The position numbers and the translations under genes were made by a program. A stretch of 64,000 nt of DNA, taken from an uncultured Candidatus Saccharibacteria bacterium (GTDB lineage Bacteria > Patescibacteriota > Minisyncoccia > Phycocordibacterales > CSBR16-119). Position 1 is the stretch's first letter, and every line of letters begins with the position of its first letter. The stretch is taken from contig CAZBAG010000003.1 in NCBI GenBank assembly GCA_964490365.1, forward strand, positions 18,116 to 82,115, written 5' to 3'. Shown here in pieces: positions 40,210-48,555 of the stretch. Under the pieces are notes generated by a model, which was not told where the DNA came from, searched no databases, and saw nothing but the letters and a program-made list of their open reading frames with translations.

Positions 40210-41331
40210 ATGATGGTTGTAATGTTGAAAAATCTCGTTACTGGAAAAATAGAGAAGGTAAAAATATTTTCACAAAAATATAAGGTGTATGTTATGCCAG
40301 TGGTCCTTATCATTGGTTTTTTAATTGACTTTATTACTTTGCGACGGGTTGATGGCCTGTTTGATAATATTCTGCTTTCTAGTCATATTTTTATTGTGGG
40401 TCTATCAATCACACTACTCTTTTCGAAGGACACCGCACTCGGTGCACGGCTAAGAATTTTGCAACATGCTCAGAAGATAGAGTATCTCATGCTTTTTTCT
40501 TTTGGTGCGCTTTTTTCTGGTTCGATTATTTTCTTTTCTAAAAGTGCTTCATTATCAGCATCGTGGCCATTTTTTCTCTTACTCCTTATTCTTATGCTAG
40601 GGACTGAGTTTCAAAAGAAATATTTCCAAAGATTGATTTTCCAAATCAATTTTTACTATGTTGCGTTGTTCTCATATTTGATTGTACTTGTGCCGGTGCT
40701 CAAGCGAGATATGGGTCCAGATATTTTTGTGGCAAGCGGTATCTTGAGTTTAATTTTGATTGGCCTTTTCTTTCTGTTTCTTGGAGCAATTGATCATAAA
40801 AAGATGAAGCTCTATGCTCGAAAAATGATTTCCGGCATTCTGGCTATTTTCGTGTTTTTTAATTTCTTATATTTTGCAAATATTATTCCACCTATTCCAC
40901 TTTCGCTGAAGTTTACGGGTGTCTATCATTCGGTATATCGAGTGTCGGCAAATAATTATGTCGGAACATACGAGGGAGCGCCACCAGTATATTTTTGGAA
41001 AAAACGAAGCACTACAGTTCATCGAGATCCAAATGGCTCGGTCTATGTGTTTAGTTCAGTGTTTGCTCCAACAAATTTAGATACAAATATTTACCACCAG
41101 TGGCAATATTTTGATCCAGTAAAAAAAGAATGGATTGATTCAACAAAGATTAAACTGGGAGTTTCGGGAGGTAGGGAAGAAGGTTTCCGGGGATATTCGT
41201 TTAAGAGAAGTCTAACGAATGGTGTATGGCGAGTGATTGTTGAAACAGAGCGAGGACAAAAACTTGGTCAGATTAAGTTTGAGATTGCACCCAAACAAGG
41301 AGATATTATTCTAAAAGAAGAATTACTGTAA
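40210..41331 (+). CDS. Multi-TM protein with a C-terminal DUF2914-like domain
   Basis: About 8 TM segments then FAPT....IYHQW, GGREEGFRGYSFK, G.WRVIVET. Confidence 0.75.
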   Translation: MMVVMLKNLVTGKIEKVKIFSQKYKVYVMPVVLIIGFLIDFITLRRVDGLFDNILLSSHIFIVGLSITLLFSKDTALGARLRILQHAQKIEYLMLFSFGALFSGSIIFFSKSASLSASWPFFLLLLILMLGTEFQKKYFQRLIFQINFYYVALFSYLIVLVPVLKRDMGPDIFVASGILSLILIGLFFLFLGAIDHKKMKLYARKMISGILAIFVFFNFLYFANIIPPIPLSLKFTGVYHSVYRVSANNYVGTYEGAPPVYFWKKRSTTVHRDPNGSVYVFSSVFAPTNLDTNIYHQWQYFDPVKKEWIDSTKIKLGVSGGREEGFRGYSFKRSLTNGVWRVIVETERGQKLGQIKFEIAPKQGDIILKEELL

Positions 41332-41378
41332 AAGCTAAATAAAGAAAAAACCCCTCAAGAGGGGTTTTTCTTTGTGAA

Positions 41379-41582
41379 TTAGATTCGGCTCACGTTAACG
41401 GCGTTAGGACCTTTTGGACCTTGTTCCATTTCGAATTGAACTTTATCTCCTTCTCGCAGACTATTGAATTCTACACCAACAAGATTTGTTGCGTGGAAAA
41501 ATAGGTCTTTTGCTGATTCTTGATCTGGCTTAATAAAACCAAAACCTTTATCAGTAACTCTTGCGATTGTGCCTGTTTGCAT
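41379..41582 (-). CDS. cspA: Cold-shock protein
   Basis: KGFGFI, DLFFH, GPKGPNAVNV. Confidence 0.9.
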   Translation of the reverse strand: MQTGTIARVTDKGFGFIKPDQESAKDLFFHATNLVGVEFNSLREGDKVQFEMEQGPKGPNAVNVSRI

Positions 41583-41705
41583 GCTCTATAAGAGAAACTA
41601 CTTCTAAAATATCAAACCGATGGCTGTAGTTTTAAACCCGACTTCGTTTCTCTTACAGGTCAAATTTGATACGTCTATTAAAGCACGTTTCTTTACAGGG
41701 GTCAA

Positions 41706-42476
41706 TTATATGAGAAAAAAGAGTATGCCAGCTCCCGCAATAATTCGGTATACGCCAAATACCATAAACGAATGATGCTGTATAAACCGCATAAGAAATC
41801 TGATGGCGATATAGGCAGAAACAAACGCTACAACGAAGCCAAGAACGAGCTCGAACAGGTGCTCCTTATTTATGAGAACTTCTGATTGCAATATATCGTA
41901 TCCTGAAGCCGCAACGATGGTCGGGATGGCAAGGAGAAACGAGAATTCTATAATTGCTGTTCGTGATATGCCAAGCCCCATACCACCAAGAATGGTTGCA
42001 CCTGACCTTGATACTCCAGGAATGATCGCCAGTGTCTGTATCAGTCCAACCAAAAAGCTTTTCTTGTAGGAAATATCTTCTACCATCTCCACCCCTTTTT
42101 TCTTGTCAGTAGAGAAGTATTCAAAAAGTATAATCACAATACCTCCTACGATCATTGCAAGGGCGATAGTGGAGAGATTTTCAAGAAGAACGTCTTTGAC
42201 AAGTTGGTAGAGTAAAAAGCCAATACCAGCAGTTGGTATCCATGCTACAAGTACTTTTTTCCACAACGTACGACTTTTGAATATTTTTTGAGCGTACAAG
42301 TAAAGCACTGCTAAGATTGCACCAAGCTGAATAATAATTATGAACGATTTAAAGAAATCCGTTTCTGGAATTCCTAAAAGCTTTCCCGTAATAATAAGAT
42401 GTGCAGTTGATGATATGGGTAAAAATTCTGTAAGCCCTTCAACAATACCAAGCACAACGCTATCAAATGGAGTCAT
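41706..42476 (-). CDS. uppP: Undecaprenyl-diphosphatase
   Basis: GIVEGLTEFLPISSTAH, PGVSRSGATI. Confidence 0.96.
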   Translation of the reverse strand: MTPFDSVVLGIVEGLTEFLPISSTAHLIITGKLLGIPETDFFKSFIIIIQLGAILAVLYLYAQKIFKSRTLWKKVLVAWIPTAGIGFLLYQLVKDVLLENLSTIALAMIVGGIVIILFEYFSTDKKKGVEMVEDISYKKSFLVGLIQTLAIIPGVSRSGATILGGMGLGISRTAIIEFSFLLAIPTIVAASGYDILQSEVLINKEHLFELVLGFVVAFVSAYIAIRFLMRFIQHHSFMVFGVYRIIAGAGILFFLI

Positions 42477-42538
42477 GGTAGTAGTATATCAAAAATACAC
42501 GACTATGAGGGTTTCTCTATGATTGCTATAATCGAGGC

Positions 42539-43177
42539 ATGAAAATAATTGCGTTATCGTGTTCTCCTTCTCGCGGGAGAAATTCTGACACCATGCTGGA
42601 CAGTTTTATCGAGGGTATCCGAGAAGTGCCATTGCTCTCGGTTGAAAAAATTTATCTTCAAGATATTCCGATCGATTACTATACATTTGAAAACAGTAAA
42701 GGAGTCTTGCCACACGAAAGTAAGTTTAAAGAACTAACCAATAGTCTTCGTAATGATGCTATCGGTCTTGTTATTGCAACTCCAACATATAACTTTTCGG
42801 TTCCAGCTCACTTAAAGAATTTCATTGACCGACTTCGATTTATAGCACTCGATATGAATGCAAAGAATAGTTTGGGGCAGCCTGTTGGACAGCTTCGTCA
42901 TCTGAAAACATATTTCTTAGTTTCCGGTGGTACGCCTTCGTGGGCAGAAAAAATATTATTTTTTGCCTTTCCTCCATTTTGGTTACGAGGAGTATTTCTC
43001 TATTTTGGTGCACGAGTAATGGGCGCAACCTATACAGGAGATATTCGTGCATTTGAAAATAAAAAGTTACTTGCCAAGTGTAAACAAAAAGGAAAACAAT
43101 ATGGGCAGCAAATCTCTTCCGGTGCTCGTCAGGGTATTCTCGAACATATCTTTTGGCGACCCCCTCAGAGTAAATAA
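42539..43177 (+). CDS. Flavodoxin-like NAD(P)H-dependent FMN reductase
   Basis: SPSRGRNS, ATPTYNFSVPAHLKNFIDR. Confidence 0.85.
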   Translation: MKIIALSCSPSRGRNSDTMLDSFIEGIREVPLLSVEKIYLQDIPIDYYTFENSKGVLPHESKFKELTNSLRNDAIGLVIATPTYNFSVPAHLKNFIDRLRFIALDMNAKNSLGQPVGQLRHLKTYFLVSGGTPSWAEKILFFAFPPFWLRGVFLYFGARVMGATYTGDIRAFENKKLLAKCKQKGKQYGQQISSGARQGILEHIFWRPPQSK

Positions 43178-43218
43178 CCCTCTATTTTTGAGGTAATTTT
43201 GTGATATACTCTTGTACT

Positions 43219-44628
43219 ATGAAAACAAAGTATACAAAGATTGTTGCAACGCTCGGTCCCGCTTCGGCCAAAGAAGATATTCTCAAAAAAATGTTTGAGG
43301 CTGGTTTAAATGTTGTTCGAATGAACTTTAGTCATGGAGACCATGCTACTCATCAAAAAAACCTTAACCTTGTAAGAAGGGTTGCAAAGAAGATTGGCGT
43401 AAGGGTTGTCATTTTGCAGGATTTGTCAGGGCCAAAAATTCGTATTGGTGAATTTAAAGAGGGATCAATTTCTCTCGTAGCTGGACAAGAATTTACACTC
43501 ACAACAGAAAAGGTGTTAGGTGACAACAGTATGGTTCATGTGAACTACGCCAAGCTCCCAGAAGAAGTTTCTGTTGGCGGAGATATTATGATCTTCGATG
43601 GAAAAATTCGTCTGAAAGTAAAAAATATCAAAGGGAAACATGTTGTCTGCACGGTGGTGAGCGGCGGAGAAATCTCAAATAAAAAAGGTGTAAATATTCC
43701 AGGTGCACATTTGTCTATAAAATCTCTCACAGAAAAAGACAAACAAGATGTGGCCTTTGGTATAAAAAATAAAGTCGAGTTTATTGCGTTCTCGTTTGTG
43801 CGGACAGGTGACGACGTGACTGAGCTCCGTTCTATTTTGCAAAAAGCAAAATCAAAAAGCTTGATCATTTCTAAAATAGAAACAACAGAGGCGGTAGAAC
43901 ATTTTGACGCTATTTTAGCGGCAACAGACGGTGTGATGGTTGCCCGAGGTGACCTTGCCGTTGAAATTGGTGCAGAATATGTTCCGGGTGTTCAAAAAGC
44001 AATTATTTCAAAATGTAACAATGCTGGTAAACCAGTGATTACCGCTACACAAATGCTTGATTCAATGGAGCACGCACCAGTGCCAACACGAGCTGAAGTC
44101 TCGGACGTGGCAAATGCAATTTTCGACGGCACCGATGCAGTGATGCTTTCAGGTGAAACAGCAACAGGTGAATATCCCGTTGAAGCAATTGCGGTGATGA
44201 ATCGTGTTGCGCTCGCAACTGAAGCAACTCTGCCAAAAAGAAAATTCATTGATCTTACTGACGCTCACAATACGATTAATGCAGTAACACTCTCAGTAGT
44301 TCGAGTCGCTGAAGATGTTGATGCAAAGGCAATTATCGCCCTGACAGAATCTGGTCTTACGGCGAAAATGGTTTCTCGTTTTCGAGCGCCATTTCCTATT
44401 TTCAGTATTAGTCCTAACGACTTCTCCTGTAGTCAGCTCATGCTTTCGTACGGTGTTATGCCAGTGAAAATGACATGCTCAAAGCACGTTGATACCTTCA
44501 CTAAGCAAATACAGAAATTTGTTCTTGATAACAAGATTGCGAAAAAGGGTGAAAAGATTGTTCTGTCTGCTGGTATGCCGTTTGGTAAGGTTGGTAGCAC
44601 GAATACGCTCTTTGTATTAGCTATTTAA
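43219..44628 (+). CDS. pyk: Pyruvate kinase
   Basis: TKIVATLGPAS, RMNFSHG, DGVMVARGDL, ATQMLDSM, DAVMLSGETA. Confidence 0.97.
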   Translation: MKTKYTKIVATLGPASAKEDILKKMFEAGLNVVRMNFSHGDHATHQKNLNLVRRVAKKIGVRVVILQDLSGPKIRIGEFKEGSISLVAGQEFTLTTEKVLGDNSMVHVNYAKLPEEVSVGGDIMIFDGKIRLKVKNIKGKHVVCTVVSGGEISNKKGVNIPGAHLSIKSLTEKDKQDVAFGIKNKVEFIAFSFVRTGDDVTELRSILQKAKSKSLIISKIETTEAVEHFDAILAATDGVMVARGDLAVEIGAEYVPGVQKAIISKCNNAGKPVITATQMLDSMEHAPVPTRAEVSDVANAIFDGTDAVMLSGETATGEYPVEAIAVMNRVALATEATLPKRKFIDLTDAHNTINAVTLSVVRVAEDVDAKAIIALTESGLTAKMVSRFRAPFPIFSISPNDFSCSQLMLSYGVMPVKMTCSKHVDTFTKQIQKFVLDNKIAKKGEKIVLSAGMPFGKVGSTNTLFVLAI

Positions 44629-44721
44629 CAATGCCTAAAACGGGTGTATACTATAGGTAAGACTATTGTGAAATAGTTAAGGAACGATAGTTTATTATAA
44701 AAATAACATCTAGTTTATTCT

Positions 44722-44973
44722 ATGAATACGAAAACCGCCTTGATCATTTTGGGTGCCGCCGTGCTTATCATTGCTATTATTGCGATTGCTCGTCCAAAGT
44801 CAGATTCTACAGGAGACGAGCCAAAAATTGATCCGGTAACAGGTGAAGTGATTCTTGGAACTGGTGGACCAGAAGATGGAACAGGAGAAGGTGCAGTGCC
44901 TGCTGATCCAAAAGATCCAAACGCTCCAGCAAACCCAACATTTCCTAAAACAGGATTTAAACCAGTTAAATAA
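44722..44973 (+). CDS. Small N-anchored Pro/Gly-rich protein ending in FPKTG
   Basis: N-terminal TM, disordered linker, PTFPKTGFKPVK C-terminus; convergent with a sortase. Confidence 0.65.
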   Translation: MNTKTALIILGAAVLIIAIIAIARPKSDSTGDEPKIDPVTGEVILGTGGPEDGTGEGAVPADPKDPNAPANPTFPKTGFKPVK

Positions 44974-45002
44974 AAAATAAAAATGCCGTAGTTACGGCAT
45001 TT

Positions 45003-45572
45003 TTATTTGTTCAATTTTTCTGTGAAAATAACAAGTCGCGATTCATGAGTGTTCAACCAATCGTTCCAGGTTCCGTCACAGGTGATTAGGTTGAGTCTCG
45101 ATATACCATCAGATGATGTAAAAATTTCTGACGTGTCGGCATAGAGGGGAAATTCTTTTATTTTGGTAACTCTAAAATGAGTTATTTCTCCATAATTATT
45201 TGTTACTGATACAACATCATCAAGGGCTATATTTTTTAGTTCTGTGAATACTGCATCTTCTCCGTTCATCCAGTTTACATGTCCGGCAAATACAGCACTC
45301 CCCGAGTCTCCTGGTTTTGTGCCAAACCGATACCAACCAACGTTTGTTCCAAGTGTTGGCACAGCCATGGCGCCATCGAGCATGCCCACTAGCTCAACAG
45401 GTGCATTCACGTTAATACTAGGAATCGTTATCTTTACTGGATAGGTTTCTTTCTGGGGAGTGACGTGCTCTATAGCAGGGACTACTTCAACGTCTTGTGT
45501 GGGTCTTAAAAAGGCAACAACACAAAGGGCCGTAAAGCTTGTAAAAGCAAGAATAGACGGTAGATTTTTCAT
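45003..45572 (-). CDS. Class F sortase
   Basis: ITIPSINVNAPV, VGWY...PG..GSAVFAGH, LNLITC, R in ESRL. Confidence 0.88.
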   Translation of the reverse strand: MKNLPSILAFTSFTALCVVAFLRPTQDVEVVPAIEHVTPQKETYPVKITIPSINVNAPVELVGMLDGAMAVPTLGTNVGWYRFGTKPGDSGSAVFAGHVNWMNGEDAVFTELKNIALDDVVSVTNNYGEITHFRVTKIKEFPLYADTSEIFTSSDGISRLNLITCDGTWNDWLNTHESRLVIFTEKLNK

Positions 45573-45637
45573 GTCGATAGTATAGTATATATCATTGTGT
45601 GAAGATAGCTTGTCTTTATGGTATATAATGACATTAT

Positions 45638-45964
45638 ATGTTGCATAAAAAAGAAATTTCCAACAGCATTGCACATAAATTGCCTGATGATTTGCGAAAG
45701 GCACTCATGTCTTCAAACAAAGCACTTTTGGCGTGGGAAGATATTACACCACTTGCTCGTAATGAATGGATTTGTTGGACAATTTCAGTGAAACAACAAG
45801 TAACAAGAAACGAACATGTAAAAAGAGTTGTTTCTGAACTTGTAGAAGGTAAACGTCGACCATGTTGTTGGATGGGGTGTAGTCATCGAAAAGATAAACC
45901 AGTGGGCTCTTCACAAAAATTTGTTTTAAGTAGGCAATCTAAAAAGAGAACAAAACAACACTAA
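45638..45964 (+). CDS. YdeI/OmpD-associated family protein
   Basis: LPDDLRKAL, ITPLARNEWICW, GKRRPCCW.GC. Confidence 0.8.
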   Translation: MLHKKEISNSIAHKLPDDLRKALMSSNKALLAWEDITPLARNEWICWTISVKQQVTRNEHVKRVVSELVEGKRRPCCWMGCSHRKDKPVGSSQKFVLSRQSKKRTKQH

Positions 45965-45966
45965 TT

Positions 45967-46434
45967 ATGAAGCATTTTATGAAAAATACCCTCACATTGA
46001 TTTCCCAGATTATTCTCGCGCTTATCGGCATTGTTGCGCTCATTCTGATGATCAAACTTCCATTAACAGAAGGAAGGGCTGCATACTTAGATCTTCTAAG
46101 TATCTACACTGATCCGCTCATCACCCACGCCTACATAGCATCTATTCCTTTCTTTATTGGGCTCTATCAAGCGTGTGTTTTGCTCGGGTGCATACGCCAG
46201 AACAAACTATTTTCACCGAGTTCAGTGAAAGCCCTGAAAGTAATAAAGTTGTGCGCAGTAGTAACAAGTTTTTTTGTTATATTGGCAGGAGTATACATTG
46301 CACTATTTCACGCAGAAGGTGATGATCCAGCTGGTTTTCTTGCTTTATGCATAATGATCATCTTTGTTTCTACTATTGTTGCAATTTGTGCAAATATGTT
46401 TGAGAGGAAGTTACAAAGAGCTCTTCAAAGATAA
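45967..46434 (+). CDS. DUF2975-like membrane protein
   Basis: 4 TM segments; FS..SVKALK.IK motif. Confidence 0.7.
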   Translation: MKHFMKNTLTLISQIILALIGIVALILMIKLPLTEGRAAYLDLLSIYTDPLITHAYIASIPFFIGLYQACVLLGCIRQNKLFSPSSVKALKVIKLCAVVTSFFVILAGVYIALFHAEGDDPAGFLALCIMIIFVSTIVAICANMFERKLQRALQR

Positions 46435-46490
46435 AAAACTTCAATTTTCAAATAATCGTTTTTTATATCCAACTTTGATAAAATTATCCT

Positions 46491-46892
46491 ATGGATTTAA
46501 TCAGTATTACACCCAAAGATTCAATTATTTTTCAAGACAACAAAGTTTTAGTCGCCTTGGCATTTGAACCAATTACGCATGGTCACGCTATTGTTATTTG
46601 GAAAAATGGCAACCAAGACATTAATCAACTCCAAACAGAAGATTATGAATATTTGATGGATGTTGTGGGGGTTATAAGAGAAACTCTTAAAAGTTTTTAT
46701 AATCTCGAAAAGGTATACCTGATGTATCTTGATGAAATAAACTGGGTACACTGGCATCTTGTTCCTCGATATGATGAAAAAGGTTTTAATGTGCTCACTC
46801 ATAAACCCGAAAGAATTTATGATTTTCAAGACGTGAAAGAATTGGCTGATATATTCAAAAAACTTCACCAGAAGATGATTATTGAAAATTAG
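46491..46892 (+). CDS. HIT family protein
   Basis: PITHGHAIV and degenerate WVHWHLVPRY triad. Confidence 0.8.
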   Translation: MDLISITPKDSIIFQDNKVLVALAFEPITHGHAIVIWKNGNQDINQLQTEDYEYLMDVVGVIRETLKSFYNLEKVYLMYLDEINWVHWHLVPRYDEKGFNVLTHKPERIYDFQDVKELADIFKKLHQKMIIEN

Positions 46893-47006
46893 TTTTTCTT
46901 CTGTTCTCGCAGTAAAAAGAGGATTTTAAGTATATCTGTGCAACTTTCATGTAAAAAGAAAACACCCCGAAAGGTATTTCCTTTTGGGGTGTTTGATGGG
47001 ATTCTC

Positions 47007-47603
47007 TTAATCCTGCTCGGCAATTGCAACTTCTTCTGCGAACCATTTCGAAATCATGGTGTCATATTTCGCAGTTGAAGCGAATGCTTCACTCGCCAAG
47101 AACTGGCGTGTGCCAACACTGGTGTTTCCAAGCTCAGCCAGCTCCTTGATCACGTTGTCATACTGAGCTGGGTTGGTCAGAACGCTCACGTGTTTCTAGT
47201 TCTTGGATCCTGCGCGGATGAGTGATGGCCCACCGATGTCGATTTGTTCAATCGATGGGTTTCCTTCAAAGTCGTAAAGATTCACGACAACGATGTCAAA
47301 CGCATACTGGATGCCGACTTGGCGCGCTTCCAGTATGTGTTGCTCATTGTCCCTGTCGTACAATATTCCACCGAAGATCTTGGAGTTCAGAGTCTTCAGT
47401 CTTCCATCCATAATGGAAGGGAACTCTGTAATCTCAGATGCATCCAAGACATGAAGTCCTGCTCTTCGGATGATATCGGCTGTGCCACCAGTCGACACAA
47501 GATCCAGTCCGGTTGTAGATATTGCTTGTGCGATTTCGACAATGATACTCTTATCCGTAACAGACAAGAGTGCCGCCCTTCGTAATTTGTTGCTCATGAT
47601 CAT
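47007..47603 (-). pseudogene. purH: Stand-alone IMP cyclohydrolase (N-terminal half of PurH) interrupted by an in-frame TAG
   Basis: RAALLSVTDK, STGGTA, DGRLKTL, VVNLY, IDIGGPSLIRAGSKN*KHVSVL...YD; TAG at 47196-47198; the downstream part is in the same frame. Confidence 0.8.
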
Positions 47604-47635
47604 GCCATTTTTTTATATTTTACATAGATTTATAT

Positions 47636-47670
47636 AAAAAGAAACCCCAAGAGTTTTTAACTCTTGGGGT
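47636..47670 (-). terminator. Intrinsic terminator (minus strand)
   Basis: CCCCAAGAG-TTAAAAA-CTCTTGGGG followed by TTTCTTTTT on the minus strand. Confidence 0.75.
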
Positions 47671-47671
47671 G

Positions 47672-48007
47672 GATAAGGTTGGTGTACCTCACGTTCCGTT
47701 TCAGTTAAGCAGCTAACGGTTTCGTTAAACTTTCTCGTGGACTCACGTCTAGACGTAATGGATTAATAGGGCTCGTCGACTACTAATGTGATCTGATCCC
47801 GGTCACGACCAGATCCGTCGAGGCAATGTTAACATAGCTGCCCAACCACGGGGTTCTTTGTTGAGATGCTCTAGAACATCTAGAAGGTGCTTTCAAGTGA
47901 CTTAGTAAGAACCATTCAAAAATTGCCACTCATCCCCAAGCGTTAACTCTCCTTGGAGAACCAGAGATAGAGGGGTTATGTATTTTTTGGTACACCGGTC
48001 AACCTTT
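47672..48007 (-). ncRNA. Unassigned ~335-nt structured ncRNA candidate
   Basis: End-to-end stem AAGGTTG/CAACCTT plus GTGTACC/GGTACAC, multiple internal helices, upstream TTTACT-N17-TAAACT promoter, downstream terminator, no ORF of 60 aa or more. Confidence 0.6.
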
Positions 48008-48059
48008 CAATATGAGTTTATATGAAAGCGATTGATGAGTAAAGAAGGGAACAACTAAT

Positions 48060-48091
48060 TAAAAAGTCCGGTATTACCGGACTTTTTCTTT
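48060..48091 (-). terminator. Hairpin terminator, probably the original tRNA terminator displaced by the island
   Basis: AAAAAGTCCGG-TATTA-CCGGACTTTTT directly abutting the GCTC core at 48092. Confidence 0.6.
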
Positions 48092-48252
48092 GCTCGACTT
48101 AGTCCACGAGGTTGTAACCTTTTGGCAATCATATTTAACTGCCAATAAAGAGCACATTTATATCCCGAATTATAGGGACGGGTTGTTTAAGATTGAGCGG
48201 CCGACGGCTGAGGAAATGGCTGCAGCTTTGTAGAAGGTAGAGATATTCACAG

Positions 48253-48281
48253 TTGACTTGAATACCCCCTAGGGGGTATCA
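48253..48281 (+). promoter_or_regulatory. CsoR-type operator overlapping a promoter
   Basis: ATACCCCCTAGGGGGTAT palindrome (48262-48279) inside TTGACT-N17-TATCAT. Confidence 0.85.
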
Positions 48282-48288
48282 TGTTGAT

Positions 48289-48552
48289 ATGAATACAAAC
48301 AAAGAAAAGATGGCTCGTCGCCTAAAAATCATTGAAGGTCAGGTTCGAGGTTTAAGAGAGATGGTCGAAAAAGGGACTTACTGCATTGATGTGATTACCC
48401 AAAGCTCTGCAATCAAGCAAGGACTTTCGAATGTCGAGGATATGCTCATGGAGCATCACCTTTCGCATTGTGTAGTGAACCAAATAAAAGGCGGTACTCC
48501 TGATAAGGCTGTCGGTGAAGTTCTTAAGGTTTATAAGTTAAAGCGCAAATAA
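48289..48552 (+). CDS. csoR: CsoR/RcnR family metal-sensing repressor
   Basis: RRLKIIEGQVRGL..M....YCIDV..Q; HHLSHCV. Confidence 0.9.
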   Translation: MNTNKEKMARRLKIIEGQVRGLREMVEKGTYCIDVITQSSAIKQGLSNVEDMLMEHHLSHCVVNQIKGGTPDKAVGEVLKVYKLKRK

Positions 48553-48555
48553 ACT

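Noticed and set aside
47672-48007. ZTP (pfl) riboswitch, tmRNA or RNase P RNA
   Set aside because: GGTCGTGACCGG resembles the ZTP riboswitch start and purH is downstream, but the P2/P3 elements are not in the expected order. There is no T-arm/CCA acceptor for tmRNA despite a PLAA* reading, and no ordered RNase P P4 motifs.
47734-48110. 10-bp complementarity CTCGTGGACT (47734-47743) / AGTCCACGAG (48101-48110) between the ncRNA and the island left arm
   Set aside because: Short enough to be chance, and it spans the predicted promoter, terminator and island boundary; no supporting evidence.
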